Positions 12,206 to 23,980 of a stretch of DNA of 64,000 nt are shown here, piece by piece (the first letter of the stretch is position 1; each line of letters starts with the position of its first letter). Source of the stretch: Camelus dromedarius (lineage: Eukaryota); assembly GCF_036321535.1 (NCBI RefSeq), contig NC_087436.1:114206001-114270000 (forward strand), read 5' to 3'. Below the pieces are notes generated by a model. That model made no database searches, had not been told where the DNA came from, and saw nothing but the letters and a program-made list of their open reading frames with translations. The translations under genes were made by a program, and so were the position numbers.

Positions 12206-12789
12206 AGTGGTAACAGGAAGCTAATGCAATAATACTAGTGAGGACATGGTTCAAGCACAACCTTCTGAGGCTTCAAGCACGTGCACAGGAAGGTGTCAGC
12301 TGAATTTGCAGCCGGAATTGTGTGCGGTCAGGTCTGGATGTGCTTGACACCGCGCTTCCTGGCCTCAGGGACGCCGTGAGACATGCAAGTGGCCACAGCA
12401 AAGAGCTTACAGTTCTGAGCCAGCCAGAGACCCGAACTCAGCAGAGAGCCTTGTTTAACGTACTTTCTCCACTTTCTGTGATCTATCCATCCTTTTCCAT
12501 TTCTGTTCTGGGGGGAGATCTGTATAACTTCCATCTGAGTGATATGTCTCTCCCTTGCCAAGCAAGTAAATAAATTCAACTTTGTTTTGGATCACTGTTT
12601 GATGATGGTTGCCTCTTACGGTGGAGCATCACAAATCATTGTGGGGGGAGGGGCTCATCCTCTGCACAAGCCCACTACCTCCTGCCACTCTTCGGTTCTC
12701 CAAGGCCTCCTGCTGGGGAGCCTAATGCACCCTCCCTGCTCCCTTACCCCAGACGTTTCCATTTTGCCTACACAGAAATCACAACTATC

Positions 12790-14040
12790 ATAGCAGTTAT
12801 TATTTTAAACTAATTATAAGCCTTCCTAGATTCTTTACACTTATTATCTTACTTAATTCTCAAATCAAACTCATGATGTATTACGATTCCTAGGATACTA
12901 TGTTAGGAAAAGAGAGGTTACTTATGGTGCTTAAAGACATTCAGTAGAAAAAAATAATAATATGATTTAAAAATAAGCAGAGGAACTGAATAGATATTTT
13001 TCCAAAAAGACATACAAATGGCCAACAGGTACATGAAAAGATACTCAACATCAGTAATCATCAGGGAAATGCAAATCAAAGCCACAATAAGATTTCACCT
13101 CACACCTGTTAGAATGACTGTTATCAAAGGCCAAAAGATAACAAGTGTTGGTAAGGATGTGGAGAAAAGGGAAAGCTTATGCATTGTTGATAGGTATGTA
13201 AATTGGTTCAGTCACTAAGGAAAACACTATAGAGTTTCCTCAAAAAAATAAAAATAGAACTACCATATGATCCAGCAATCCTACTTTTGGGTATAAATCC
13301 AAAGGAAATGAAAACAGGATCCTGAAGGGATCTCTGCACTCCCATGTTCATTATGGCTTTATCCACAACAACCAAGATATGGAAACAGCCTAAGTGTCTG
13401 TCAATTGATAAATGGATAAAGAAGATTGTTGATAGATAGATAGATATGAAGGAATATTACTCAGCCATGAGAGAGAAGGACATCCTGCCATTTATGACAA
13501 CATGAACGAAACTTGCAGGCATTATGCTAAGTGAAATAAGCCAGACGGAGAAAGACCAATTATTATATGATATCTACTCACATGCAGAATCTAAAAAAAT
13601 ATATTAAATTCATAGAAACAGAGGCTAAAACGTTGGTTACCGGGGCTGGGGATGGGGGATAGGGGCAGATGGTCAGAGTACAAAAGTCCAGTTATAGGGT
13701 GAATAATTTCTGGGGATCTAATTTACAACATAGTGATTACAGTTAATAATACTGTATGATATACTTGAAAGTTCCTAAGAGTAGATCTTAAATGTCCTTA
13801 CCACAAAAAAGACAGGGCAATTACGTGACGGGAGGCAGGTGTTAGCTAATGCTATGGCGGTGATCATTTGCAATATATAAATGTACCAAATCAACACCTT
13901 GTGCACCTTAAACTTACATAATATTATATATCACTTCTATCTCAATAATGGTGAAAAGTAAAGACACATCTAGAAAGTGGTAGAGCTGGGACTTGAACCC
14001 TTTAGGACTAAAATCCAAGCTAAGGAATTACTACACCATA
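12790..14040 (-). mobile_element. MIR split by an L1MA insertion
   Basis: Antisense MIR on both sides of the L1 (..AGAGAGGTTAC.. and ..AAGTGGTAGAGCTGGGACTTGAACCC). Confidence 0.65.
12947..13960 (+). mobile_element. L1MA8/9-type LINE-1, ORF2 C-terminus plus 3' UTR
   Basis: ORF 13018-13218 [32 protein letters not shown] matches L1 ORF2; L1MA-type 3' UTR; degenerate flanking duplication AAAGACA..TAGAAA. Confidence 0.93.
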
Positions 14041-14311
14041 AATTGTCTCCATCACAGTCTCATTCCTCAACTGCTGCTCTCAACAGTTTCTTTCTGTAAT
14101 TAATGGCAACCCAAGTCTCACAAGCCCACAAAACGAGCAGGCGTGATTTACAGCAGAAAAGCCAGGGTGGCAGAGAGCCGGGTACAGGGTAGCTGTGTTT
14201 CAGGATGGACTGTCCTTTGCACACACTGACACTAGCCACCCTTCCTGCCCCTCTCCATGGTGATTTCAAATCCAATTTGACTTTCCAACTTAGTCCCTGG
14301 TACTCCTAGAC

Positions 14312-14538
14312 CAGGGTCTTAATCTCGGCGTCAGTGACATTTGGAACTAGGTTGCTCTTTATCGTAGGGACGTTCCTATACATTGTAGGATGTTCAGCAG
14401 CCTCCCTGGCTTCTATCTACCAGGCAGGTGCCAGTAACACATCCACCCCACCTCCCTGTCATAACAACCAAAAATATCTCCAAACATGTACAAAAGTCCC
14501 TTAGGAGACAGAAAACCACCCCAGGTTCAGAACTGCAG
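14312..14538 (+). mobile_element. MER20 hAT-Charlie element
   Basis: GACATTTGG..CATTGTAGGATGTTCAGCAGCCTCCCTGGC..ACAACCAAAAATATCTCCAAACAT..GGTTCAGAAC; 8-bp TSD-like TCCTAGAC/GCCTGGTC. Confidence 0.9.
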
Positions 14539-15399
14539 GCCTGGTCCTCTCTCCGGACTGGGCATTTTCCCATATTTCTGGATCAGATTTGACTTCAGTC
14601 TGATGGCTCAGCACCTCTGTCTCAGCATGCACTGCCTCTTGTGTGCTTGTCGGTCCCAGCACCTTCCTCGGGAGGCTGGCCTCCTGACATCCCAGAAACC
14701 AGTAGTTCTCAGCCAAGTGGGCCCTGGCTCCTGTGGAAGAGATACTCCCCTGCCTGGCCAGCCCTGCATTTTCACTGGTGTCTCCTATCCAGGGCTGGTG
14801 GGTAGGAACCCCACCCCCTGCCAGAGTGAGGGACTGAACATGCGCCTCCTTCCTTTAGTATTTAGAGCTCCTTGGTGCCAAACCCACTACTTTTTGACTG
14901 GAGTTTCTCAGACTTCAACTTCGCGTTGTTAAGTCACCTGGCACGTAGACCTTGACTGTTTCATTCCTGCCGTGTCTGTCAAGAGCTTTTTAAAAAGCCC
15001 CCACGAAGAGCCAAATAATAGGCTTAGTTTTGCAAAGGGTCATGTATATGGTCCATTGACACACCTCCAGGACCTGGCAAGGCTAGTGGTCAAACTCCAA
15101 CAGAGCCTGAAAATGAATGTCCCAGTGCTCTGGTTCCAGGGCTGCAAGCCGCCATCCCGCCTCCCCACCCCCGCAGTCAAGCCGCTCTCCAAGCCCAGCC
15201 CACCTCTTTCCACACCAACTCTCTCATCTAGAAGATAAGAAGGAAAGGTAACATTTCAGCCCTGGAGAAAAGGTGTGACTGTTGATTGGACTCTTGTCCT
15301 GGATTTACTAATCCAGGCCGTCCATTTTTCACTTGTCAGCCTTCAGTATATCTCAGCTCTCAGAGCGCTCAGTAACGGAAAGGGAGAATAAACTTTGCA

Positions 15400-15570
15400 A
15401 TCACACAGGTCTCAGTTTCACTTTTACTGAGTGTCCTCAGCAAATTCCTTAACTTCTCAAGACATTCACTTTTCCTTCTATGTGTTGAAATATTAAGAAA
15501 AACTAGTTTTCATCTGTATCATTGAAAAGATTAAATAAATTAACATGCAAAGTGTCTAGAAACTTCTCAT
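15400..15570 (+). mobile_element. MIR SINE
   Basis: GTGTCCTCAGCAAATTCCTTAACTTCTC..GATTAAATAAATTAACATGCAAAGTG. Confidence 0.6.
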
Positions 15571-15604
15571 TGACTGACAGCTGCTGGGAGAGGTGGTGCC
15601 GGTA

Positions 15605-16174
15605 TTAAAAGAAGATGTGGTATATACACAATGAGATGCTACTCAGCCATAAAAAAATAATAAAATAATGTCATTTGCAGCAACATGGATGGACCTAGGG
15701 ATAATCATACTAAGTGAAGTAAATCAGACGGAAAAAGTCAATTGCCATATGATATCACTTATATGTGGAATCTAAAAAAGGACACAAATGAACTTATTCA
15801 CAAAACAGAAATAAACTCACAGACATGGAAAACAAATTTGTGGTTACAAGATGGGAAAGGGGGTGGTGAAGGGATAAACTGAGAGTTCAGAATTTGTAGA
15901 TACTATTTTTTTATATAAACTCTTTTTATTGAGTTATAGTCATTTTACAATGTTACTAACTATTATATATAAAATAGATAAGAAACAAAGCCCTACTGTA
16001 TAGCATAGGAAACTATATTCAATACCTTATTATAGTCTATAATGAAAAACAATATGAAAAGGAATATATATATGTATAACTGAATCACTATGCTACACAC
16101 TAGAAATTAACACAACATTGTAAACCGACTATACTTCAACAACAACAAAAATATTTTAAGTAAAAAAAAAAAAA
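15605..16174 (+). mobile_element. Artiodactyl-type L1 3' end, containing a nested antisense micro-L1 at 15906-15953
   Basis: AAGAAGATGTGGTATATA..GCAGCAACATGGATGGACC..AACAGAAATAAACTCACAGAC..ACAACATTGTAAA, poly-A. Confidence 0.95.
15906..15953 (-). mobile_element. 48-bp extreme 3' end of the youngest L1 family
   Basis: Reverse complement ACATTGTAAAATGACTATAACTCAATAAAAA matches the L1 end at about 52799-52830; TSD TACTA/TACTA. Confidence 0.85.
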
Positions 16175-16659
16175 GGAAATAATCATGTGTGTGAATTTCT
16201 TTTCCCCCTTAGACAGAGAGTCTATCTTAAATCTCTGAATCTTCTCTGACCCTGGGGAGCCCAGTCAGCCTAAAAGGAAACTTACTTGTTTGTTAGCTCC
16301 CTCTCTTAAGATTAGAGTTTCCTTTTGACTTAGTCTTAGCATCTGGCTCCCTGTTCCCACTTGCCTGAGAGGACCCTGCAAAATTACAGGAGGTTCCCAA
16401 GAAGAAAGTAATCAAATAGCACCTGGAGGTTTAACCCAAAAGTCTGCCATAATGACCCTGAAACTACTTCTAAGATGTGTTTTACACACACACACCAAAA
16501 AAATCAACAACAAATAAACAGCTCCTCTTCCTTCTGACTCCTGGAGGGAGTTCTGCCTCTGCTTTGGAGATGGCGATGGAGGTAGTTCCTCTACCCCTCT
16601 GAATACCATCAACATTGCTTGGAAGGTGTCTGAAAGCAAGAAATAAAACATTAATTGAG

Positions 16660-16870
16660 AGCCTGTCATGGCCAGCACTGGGCAGTATGCATCATGTATA
16701 GTTCATCATTTAATCCACATGCAGATCATGTGTGCTAAGGATTATTATTACTCTCATCCCAATTTCCATATTGAAAAAACCAAGACTTAGAGCAGCAAAG
16801 GAGTGTCAAAATGTATATTCCAATTCCTCCCCTTAATTTAAAATTCAATATCCTTTCTATGACATCACGT
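16660..16870 (-). mobile_element. MIR SINE
   Basis: GCCAGCACTGGGC..TCATTTAATCCAC..GAAAAAACCAAGACTTAGAG. Confidence 0.65.
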
Positions 16871-17234
16871 CACCTCTCAATCTTGTTTCTCCCAAGTCTC
16901 TTTAACACTGATTTAACAGAGCTTGAAAGTGGAGGGGCTTGCATGGTGCAAAAGGCTGGATTTTGTCACAGGCTGGATGGGGAATTTGATGTTAGGTACT
17001 GTGGTAAGTGCCTGAAAATAACTAGATGTTTTGTTGGTTTTTTTTTTTTTAAAGACATTTCAGACAAAAAGTTCACAAAGGAAATACTAGAAAATGTTCA
17101 TGAAAAGACGGATGAGTTTTCTTTCCTTGCCAAAATACAGCCTAAACTCTTCCCAGTCCATTGATCTCACATCTTTTGCCAACACTTGATTTTCTACTTC
17201 ATTCCTTTTGTTGTGCATCTCTCTTCCCCTCCTT

Positions 17235-17700
17235 CTCTGAGTCTTAATTGGCTTGAATTGTAAGTGTCAGATACCCAACTCAGACTAGTTGAAGTGAAAA
17301 GGGAATTCCTTGGCTCACATGACTTGGAAGTCCATGGATCAATCCTGGGATCTGTCTTAAACTCCATGACTCCACCCTGCTGGATTTATCTGCTGAAAGG
17401 TTCTCACATGCCTACACCCATCTCTAAACCTACATCTTCTTAGTTTGGCAGTGCCAGTGGAAATAGAACTCAGATCCCAAATCCCATATAGTAATTATGG
17501 GAAAGACACTGGCTGACCCTGCTTGGGTGATGCATACATAGCTGTAGGAAGTCATTCTATCCAGAGGGATGGGGTGTTCTGCCTAGTCAGGGTCAAATGC
17601 CCCCTCTTTAGCTGGGGATAAAAAGCAGAATGATTTCCAGACCCTAACAAGACCATATAGGTTGTGAAAGGAGGTCCCCAAAGGAATCAGAATAAGAAAC
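17235..17700 (-). mobile_element. Old MLT1 (J/K/L-type) LTR
   Basis: TTGTAAGTGTCAGATACCCAACTCAGACTAG..AAAAGGGAATT..GGCTCACATGACT..GCTTGGGTGATG. Confidence 0.6.
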
Positions 17701-18634
17701 ATTAGAAAGCAGGCTGGAAACAATCAAACAAACAAAATGTGACTACCACTGTCTACTATAATAATAAGTTAGAACAATTTTAAGATCATTACAACTTACC
17801 TAAGCCCTCTAAAACTCTCAGAAGTATTGCCACTTGTGGGATACAGAATCGTTCCTGTTGTCCCACTGATATTCTGTTGATGGCCGACCCCCTGGCAGTC
17901 CTTCCTGCCCCTGCAACCTCCCTGCTATCTATGAACATTTGGAAGCCTGGGAACAGACCTCATTTCCATAGTCCCATGAGCAAGGTACTGCTGAGTATTA
18001 TTTCCTAGTGTGTCTGTCCCATCCTGCCTGCCCATATCAGGCTATAGGATATGGATTATATGGGATGCTGCTGCTTACTCATGAAGCTTCTATTGAGGGC
18101 CTTCTGGATGGTAAGACACAATAAAGCATTTTTGCTATGCCCTTAGTTTATTTTCTGGTTTAAAATAATCACAAAAGGTGTATCTGCAGTCTTTCACCCA
18201 AAACAAGTTGGCTTGATGCTGAATGATAAACTGCAAAAATCAGAGGGGCATTGTTGTATAAAGCTCCTTCCTTTAGAGTTGGTTCTGGTGGAGATATACC
18301 AGTGAGGATTATTTTAATATGAGTCATGATGAGCTGGATGTGAGAACTGAAGTGAAATGATGAAGAATGTCCAATTATAGCGGTGAGTACTGAGGGAAGA
18401 GTTACTCCTATTATTCCAATAAAGCAGTGGTGATTACTAAAACTGTACAAAAGAAGCATCCATCTCATTGCAGTTGTAAAAGAGATAGCAACATTTCAAC
18501 CCAAGCTTCCTCAAGTACTTCAAATCTGCCATTATAAAATATGGTGCCCAGACACATGGAAGACAGCATACGGTGCAGATTTGCTTACACTATTATACTT
18601 GATCTGCTCAACTAAGTTTCCCAAAATACAGTCC

Positions 18635-18695
18635 TTTTAATTGAAGTATAGTGGATTTACAATGTTGCATTAATTTCTGGTGTACAGTATAAGGA

Positions 18696-18763
<68 letters not shown>

Positions 18764-19331
18764 TACACACACATATACATGTATTCCTTTCTATATTCTT
18801 TTTCATTATAGACCATTACAAGGTATTGAATATAGTTTCCCGTGCTATACAGTAGGACCTTGTTGTTTATTTATTTTATATATGGTAGTTAGTATCTACA
18901 AATCCTGAACTCCCAATTTATCCCTTCCCAACCCATTTCCCTTCTGAAATGTTTATTTTCTATGTCTATGAGTCTGTCTTTGTTTTGTAAATAAGTTCAT
19001 TTATATCCTTTTGTCTTTTAGATTCCACATTATAAGTGATATCATATGGTATTTTTCTTTCTCTTTCTGGCCTCCTTCACTTAGTATGATGATATCCAGG
19101 TTCATCCATGTTGCTGCAAATGGTATTATTTTATTATTTTTATGGCTAAGTAGTATTCCATTGTATAAATATACCACAACTTCTTTATCCAGTCATCTGT
19201 CAATGGACATTTAGGTTCCTTCCATGTCTTGGCTATTGTAAATAGTGCTGCTATGAACACTGGGGTGCATGTATCTTTTCAAATTAGGGTTTCCTCTGGA
19301 CATATGCTCAAGAGTGGGGCTGCTGGATTGT
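18635..19331 (-). mobile_element. Artiodactyl-type L1 3' end
   Basis: Antisense TTGAAGTATAG..TACAATGTTG..TTAGATTCCACAT..CATCCATGTTGCTGCAAATGG..GCTATGAACACTGGGGTGCATGTATC. Confidence 0.95.
18699..18772. repeat. (AT)n(AC)n compound microsatellite inside the L1 3' UTR
   Basis: Uninterrupted AT run 18699-18755 followed by AC units. Confidence 0.97.
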
Positions 19332-19346
19332 AGGATATCAAAAAAT

Positions 19347-19452
19347 GGGGGGGGGGGGTTATAGCTAGTGGTAGAGCACATGCTTAGGATGCATGAAGTC
19401 TTGGGTTCAATCCCCAGAACCTTCATTAAAAAATAATCTATAAGTCAAAAAA
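19347..19452 (+). mobile_element. tRNA-derived SINE (camelid Vic-1 type)
   Basis: G-run, A box TAGCTAGTGGTAGAGC, B box GGTTCAATCCC, A-rich tail; same family as 60803-60977. Confidence 0.88.
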
Positions 19453-19599
19453 GGATATATTGGAAGCCCCGCTGAAAGTGTCATTCCTACACACATGGTC
19501 CCAGCACTAAAGACAGTCCCAGAACCAGTCAAGGAAAACTGAATTGTTCAATGTCTCCTTCTTTGCTCTGATTACCGGGGCAGAATTTTGCCCTCAATC

Positions 19600-19790
19600 A
19601 TTTAGACTTCACATACAAGTGCCTTCATATTTATCAGGTCAATCTTCACCATAACATAAGGCATGTGTTCTTATCCAGACATATAAATGTAGAGCTGAGG
19701 GACTCAGAGGGATGAAGGTCCTTTGATGGCAGATCCACAGCTAGACTCTGGGTTGGTGAATTGCAAATTCAGTGTCCTTTCCCTGAAACC
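19600..19790 (-). mobile_element. MIR SINE
   Basis: AATCTTCACCATAAC..AGCTGAGGGACTCAGAGGG..CCACAGCTAG. Confidence 0.55.
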
Positions 19791-20279
19791 TCTATTCTGA
19801 GCCCAACTTGAGTTAGCCTCTGCCCTAGCCTCCTCCAGATCAGCATACATGCTATATTAGGCTACCACACTGAGATATACCAATGGGTCACCACATTAGG
19901 CCAGCATTTTTGGAGATTTTTAGCATCACTGATGTACGGAGTTGTTTCAATACTAAGCAAGTCTTCAAATGTTATAAAGGTGCTATGCTTCAATTCAATT
20001 CACTCTTCCAAACATTTATAGCATCTGGGTAATTAAGCCAAACTTATGTTTTTCTGGAACATGAGTTTTACATTATCAATATTGGAGGCTCAAAAGCAGC
20101 TCCAAATTTAGTGCTGGGGATACATCGAAGAAATGACTCTTTGGACACTGCCAGTTGCACGCTCATTATCATACTAATGTTGCCCCTGCAAAGCCCTCAG
20201 TGACATCCTCAGATATATGCAAATATGCATTGGGAAAAATGGAAATGTATGTAAATGGCACAGAGGTTATACTGGCCTA

Positions 20280-20500
20280 TTAACATCACAAATCCCCATT
20301 TACAGTCCACTTTTAATTTAAGTGATCTTTCTATTAGGAGGACCATTTATGAAGTTAATCCGGAACGAAATCTCAGCATGTCAATTAAAATAGTGTGACA
20401 GCGAGACCACCATCAATTGGTAGCTCTTAGCAGATGTCTTAATTAGGCTTCTCTGTGGCAGGCTGACCGATGACACTCTGTGAAAGTCATTTTCAAGTTT
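20280..20500. promoter_or_regulatory. Candidate conserved non-coding element / developmental enhancer
   Basis: No recognisable repeat; cluster of TTTATG, TAATCC, CCGGAA, TGACAG, ATCAAT, CAGATG and TAATTA with retained CpGs; conservation not testable here. Confidence 0.4.
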
Positions 20501-21050
20501 GCATCTGAGGGCTCTCTTCTCCTTCAAACTTTTTTCTCTTGTTCTTCTTTCTCTTTAAATCTTAGCTATTGTGAGGCTTCCCTTTGTGTACCTTTTTCCC
20601 AAAGACTTAATTATTTTTCTCATTTCTTCTTACTGTGAGTAAGAATATTCCAGAGAGAATAGTCCACCCCCAGGGGCTGGAGCACTGCAAGCCTTGATTT
20701 ATTTGAAGTCTTTTGTTTTATCTTAAATATTCATAGGAAATTTGCATCTTCTTTCTTAAAATATCCAGGCTTATTTTAATATAAAATTTTGCTTAAAATC
20801 ATGTGCTGCCTAGTAAAATTGAAGCCATGTAATTCTGTACTTTTGTATATTCTTGCCCCACACTTATGCAACATAGGGAGTGTTGAAGTGAGGCGGCACA
20901 TCCCTCAGTTTCGAAAGCACAAGTTTCATGTAAAGAGAGTTTTGAAATCATTCAGACCTGAGTTTAAAACCTGGAACTGCTATTTATCAAGTGTATGACT
21001 TGTGAAATGTTGTATAATCCAGCCTGACCTCTCCCAGGCTACAGATTCTC

Positions 21051-22530
21051 TTTTTTGATTCCCCAGCTTTATTGAAATATAATTGACATATTAACATTAC
21101 ATAATTATAAGGTGTACAATGTGTTGAATTGATACACTTACATATTTCAAAATGATTACCACTATGTCTTTAGCTAACATCTGCATCAGGTCATTTAAGA
21201 GATACTCTCTTAGAAATTTTCAAGTATGTAATACAGTATTGTAACTATAACCACCATGCTGCACATTCAAATTCCAAGAACTTGTTCATCTTATAAGTTG
21301 AAGTTTATACCCTTTAGCCAGCATCTCCTCATTCCTTCCAACCCTCAGTCCCTGCTAAACAACGTTCTACTCTGTATCTATGAGTTCAGCTTTTTCAGAT
21401 TCCACATATAAGTGAAATCATACAGTATTTCTCTTTCGCTGTCTGACTTATTTATAATGCTCTCAACTACATCCATGTGGTCACAAATGGCAGATGGACG
21501 TCCTTCTTTCTCATGGCTGAATAACATTCCATTGTGTTACATCTTCTTTATCCATTCATCAGTTGACAGACACTTAGGTTGTTTCCGTATCTTGGCTATT
21601 CTGAATAATGTCACAATGAACATGGGGATGCAGAGATCTCTAAGCTCCTGTTTCCATTTCCTTTAGATATATACCCAGAAGTAGGATTGCTGGATCATAT
21701 GGTAGTTCTGCTTTTAATTCTTTGAGGAAACCGCATACTGTTTTCCATAGTGGCTGTAACCATTTACATTTCCACCAAAAATGAGCAAGCGTTCCCTTTT
21801 CTCCACATCTTTGCCAGCACTTTTTATTTCTTGTGTTTTTGGTGCTAGTCATTCTAAGTGTGAGGTGACATCTCATTGTGATTTTGATTTGTATTTTCCT
21901 GATGATTAGTAATATTGAGCATCGTTTCATGTACTTTGGAAAAAATGTCTTTTCAGTTCCTCTTCCCATTTTTAAATATAATTGTTTGGGTTTTTGCTAT
22001 TGAGTTGTATGAGTTTTTTTATATATTTTTGATATTAACCCCTTTTAGATATTTGATTTGCAAATGTTTTCTCCCATTCTGTAAGTTGCCTTTTCATTTT
22101 GTTAACTTTTTTGTTGTTGTACAATAGTTCTTTAGTTTGATATAGTCCCACTGATCTTTATTTTTTTTTTCTTCTACTTTGTGCTTTAAGAGTCATTTCC
22201 AAAAAGACATTCCAAAACCAATGTCAAGGAGCTTTCTCCCCAGGGTTTTCTTCTGGCAGTTTTACTGTTTTAGGTCTCACATTTAAGTCTTTAATCCATT
22301 GGAGATTAACTTCTGTGAGTGGTGTAAGATAGTGAGCCAATTTCATTCTTCTACATGCAGTTATCCTGTTTTCCCAGCACCGTTTATGGAAGAAATTTCT
22401 TTCCCAATTCTTGGCTCTCTGTCAAATATCCCTTGGTCATATATGCAGGTGTTTACTTCTGGGCTCGCAGTTCTGTTCCATTGGTCTATGTATCTATTTT
22501 GATGCCAGTACCATACTGTTTGGATTACTT
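21051..22530 (-). mobile_element. L1MA-type LINE-1, 3' about 1.5 kb
   Basis: ORF 21640-21969 [46 protein letters not shown] is the L1 ORF2 C-terminus; T-rich tail at 21051. Confidence 0.95.
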
Positions 22531-22903
22531 TAGGGGTTCTGTCTCTCCCCTCCTTCCATCCCTATCACCTAGAGGAGAACCTGACACCATAACAGGCACC
22601 CAGACATTTTTTTGAAAAATAAATGTTGTCCCTATGCCTGAATATGTTTCTTTTCTAAAATGGAGGTAACAACTACATCACAGTGTTTTGGTGAGAACTT
22701 TAAAGAAATATTTCCCTTCTTTGAAAACATAATTTCCCTGTAGAAGTAAATAAGCATTTTGTGGTGAAGAAACGCCCAAGCAAATTTAGATACTCTCAAG
22801 TAAGACAAATTTTTATGGTTTCTCTTGAAAGAGACAGGATGAAATGCCATGTATAGGACCTAATTAGAAAGGTAAGAGTGAAGTATCTCCTGTTGTCACA
22901 GAT

Positions 22904-23140
22904 CAGGTGTCAGCAAACATTTACTGGAAAAGGTCAGCTAGTAAATGTTTTACTCTTAACAAGCCATACTGTCTCTGCCACATTTACTCAACTCTGCCAT
23001 GTGCAGCAAAAACAGCCAGAGAAAATAAATACTAAAGGAACAGGTGTGAGTAGCTTTATTTTTTTTTAAAATAAAGCTTTATTTAAAAAAAAAATGTGGT
23101 GGTTTGGATTTGGTTGAAAAATTTATAAACTGTAGAAACT
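22904..23140 (+). mobile_element. MER58A-type hAT-Charlie element
   Basis: CAGGTGTCAGCAAAC..AGTAAATGTTTT..GTCTCTG..TACTCAACTCTGCC..AATAAAGCTTTATTTA. Confidence 0.85.
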
Positions 23141-23709
23141 CCTATGTATAGACTGTGCAAATGACCTTGAAATTATATTAGACATATTTAAAGTTGTTGT
23201 TTGTAATTTTTAAAATAAAGATAGTGAATTAAATTAATTAAAGCTTAAAGAATAAATGTAATACTTTAAATACAACTTGGAACACATGATAGGTTATCTC
23301 TAATATCGATGACAGTATTTTTCATCTGTAAGAAATGGTGTTCCTCCTTCCTTCTTTAAATAAACCTGACCCCAGAACATCTTGCATTGACTTTAGCAAT
23401 GTCTAGTGTGAGGCTGCAGTACTGTTTCTACACAGACTTGAAGCCCTAATCCAAAACCGGATTCAGGGTGTGTGACTGTTTTCAATGGTGAAGAGAAACG
23501 GCCAGCTCAGGCAAAGGCTTGGATGTCTGGTAACCTTGGTTCAGTCACTAATCCATTGCCCCAAAGATGGTAACAATGATAGAATGAAAAATGCTTCCCT
23601 TGGGACTTCAGGGAACCAGGGTAAAAAGTGTTTTATCAAAAAAAAAAAAAAAAAGCAGCGGTCTTAATTTCCCTGTGGTGATGTAGCACCCCAACATAAA
23701 CCACAGGTA

Positions 23710-23980
23710 GCAATTTGGTGGAATAGGAAAAAAAAAACAAAAAACATGGACTTCATGGACTTTGGAGACAAAGATCCAATTTCAAATCTTTTTTTTTGTC
23801 ACTTAACTTGTGATGATGATAAAATCCTTTAATCTCTCTAAGCTTCATTTTTTTTTTCACCTGCAATGTTCAGATGATAAAGCCTGTCCTTAAAATATGT
23901 GGCTGGTTGAGAGGTCTCAGTGCGCTGGATGTATGAGCTGATAAACATTCGTCACACAGTTGATGATGCCCAGCAAGAGC
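23710..23980 (+). mobile_element. MIR SINE
   Basis: GGACTTTGGAGACAAAG..TTCAAATC..TTTAATCTCTCTAAGCTTC. Confidence 0.65.

Noticed and set aside
18169..18468. 99-aa ATG-initiated minus-strand ORF in apparently non-repeat DNA
   Set aside because: No recognisable homology or supporting signals; length is within chance.
19347..19430. tRNA gene (also 60900-60975)
   Set aside because: A and B boxes are followed by a SINE tail and flanked by duplications; these are tRNA-derived SINEs.
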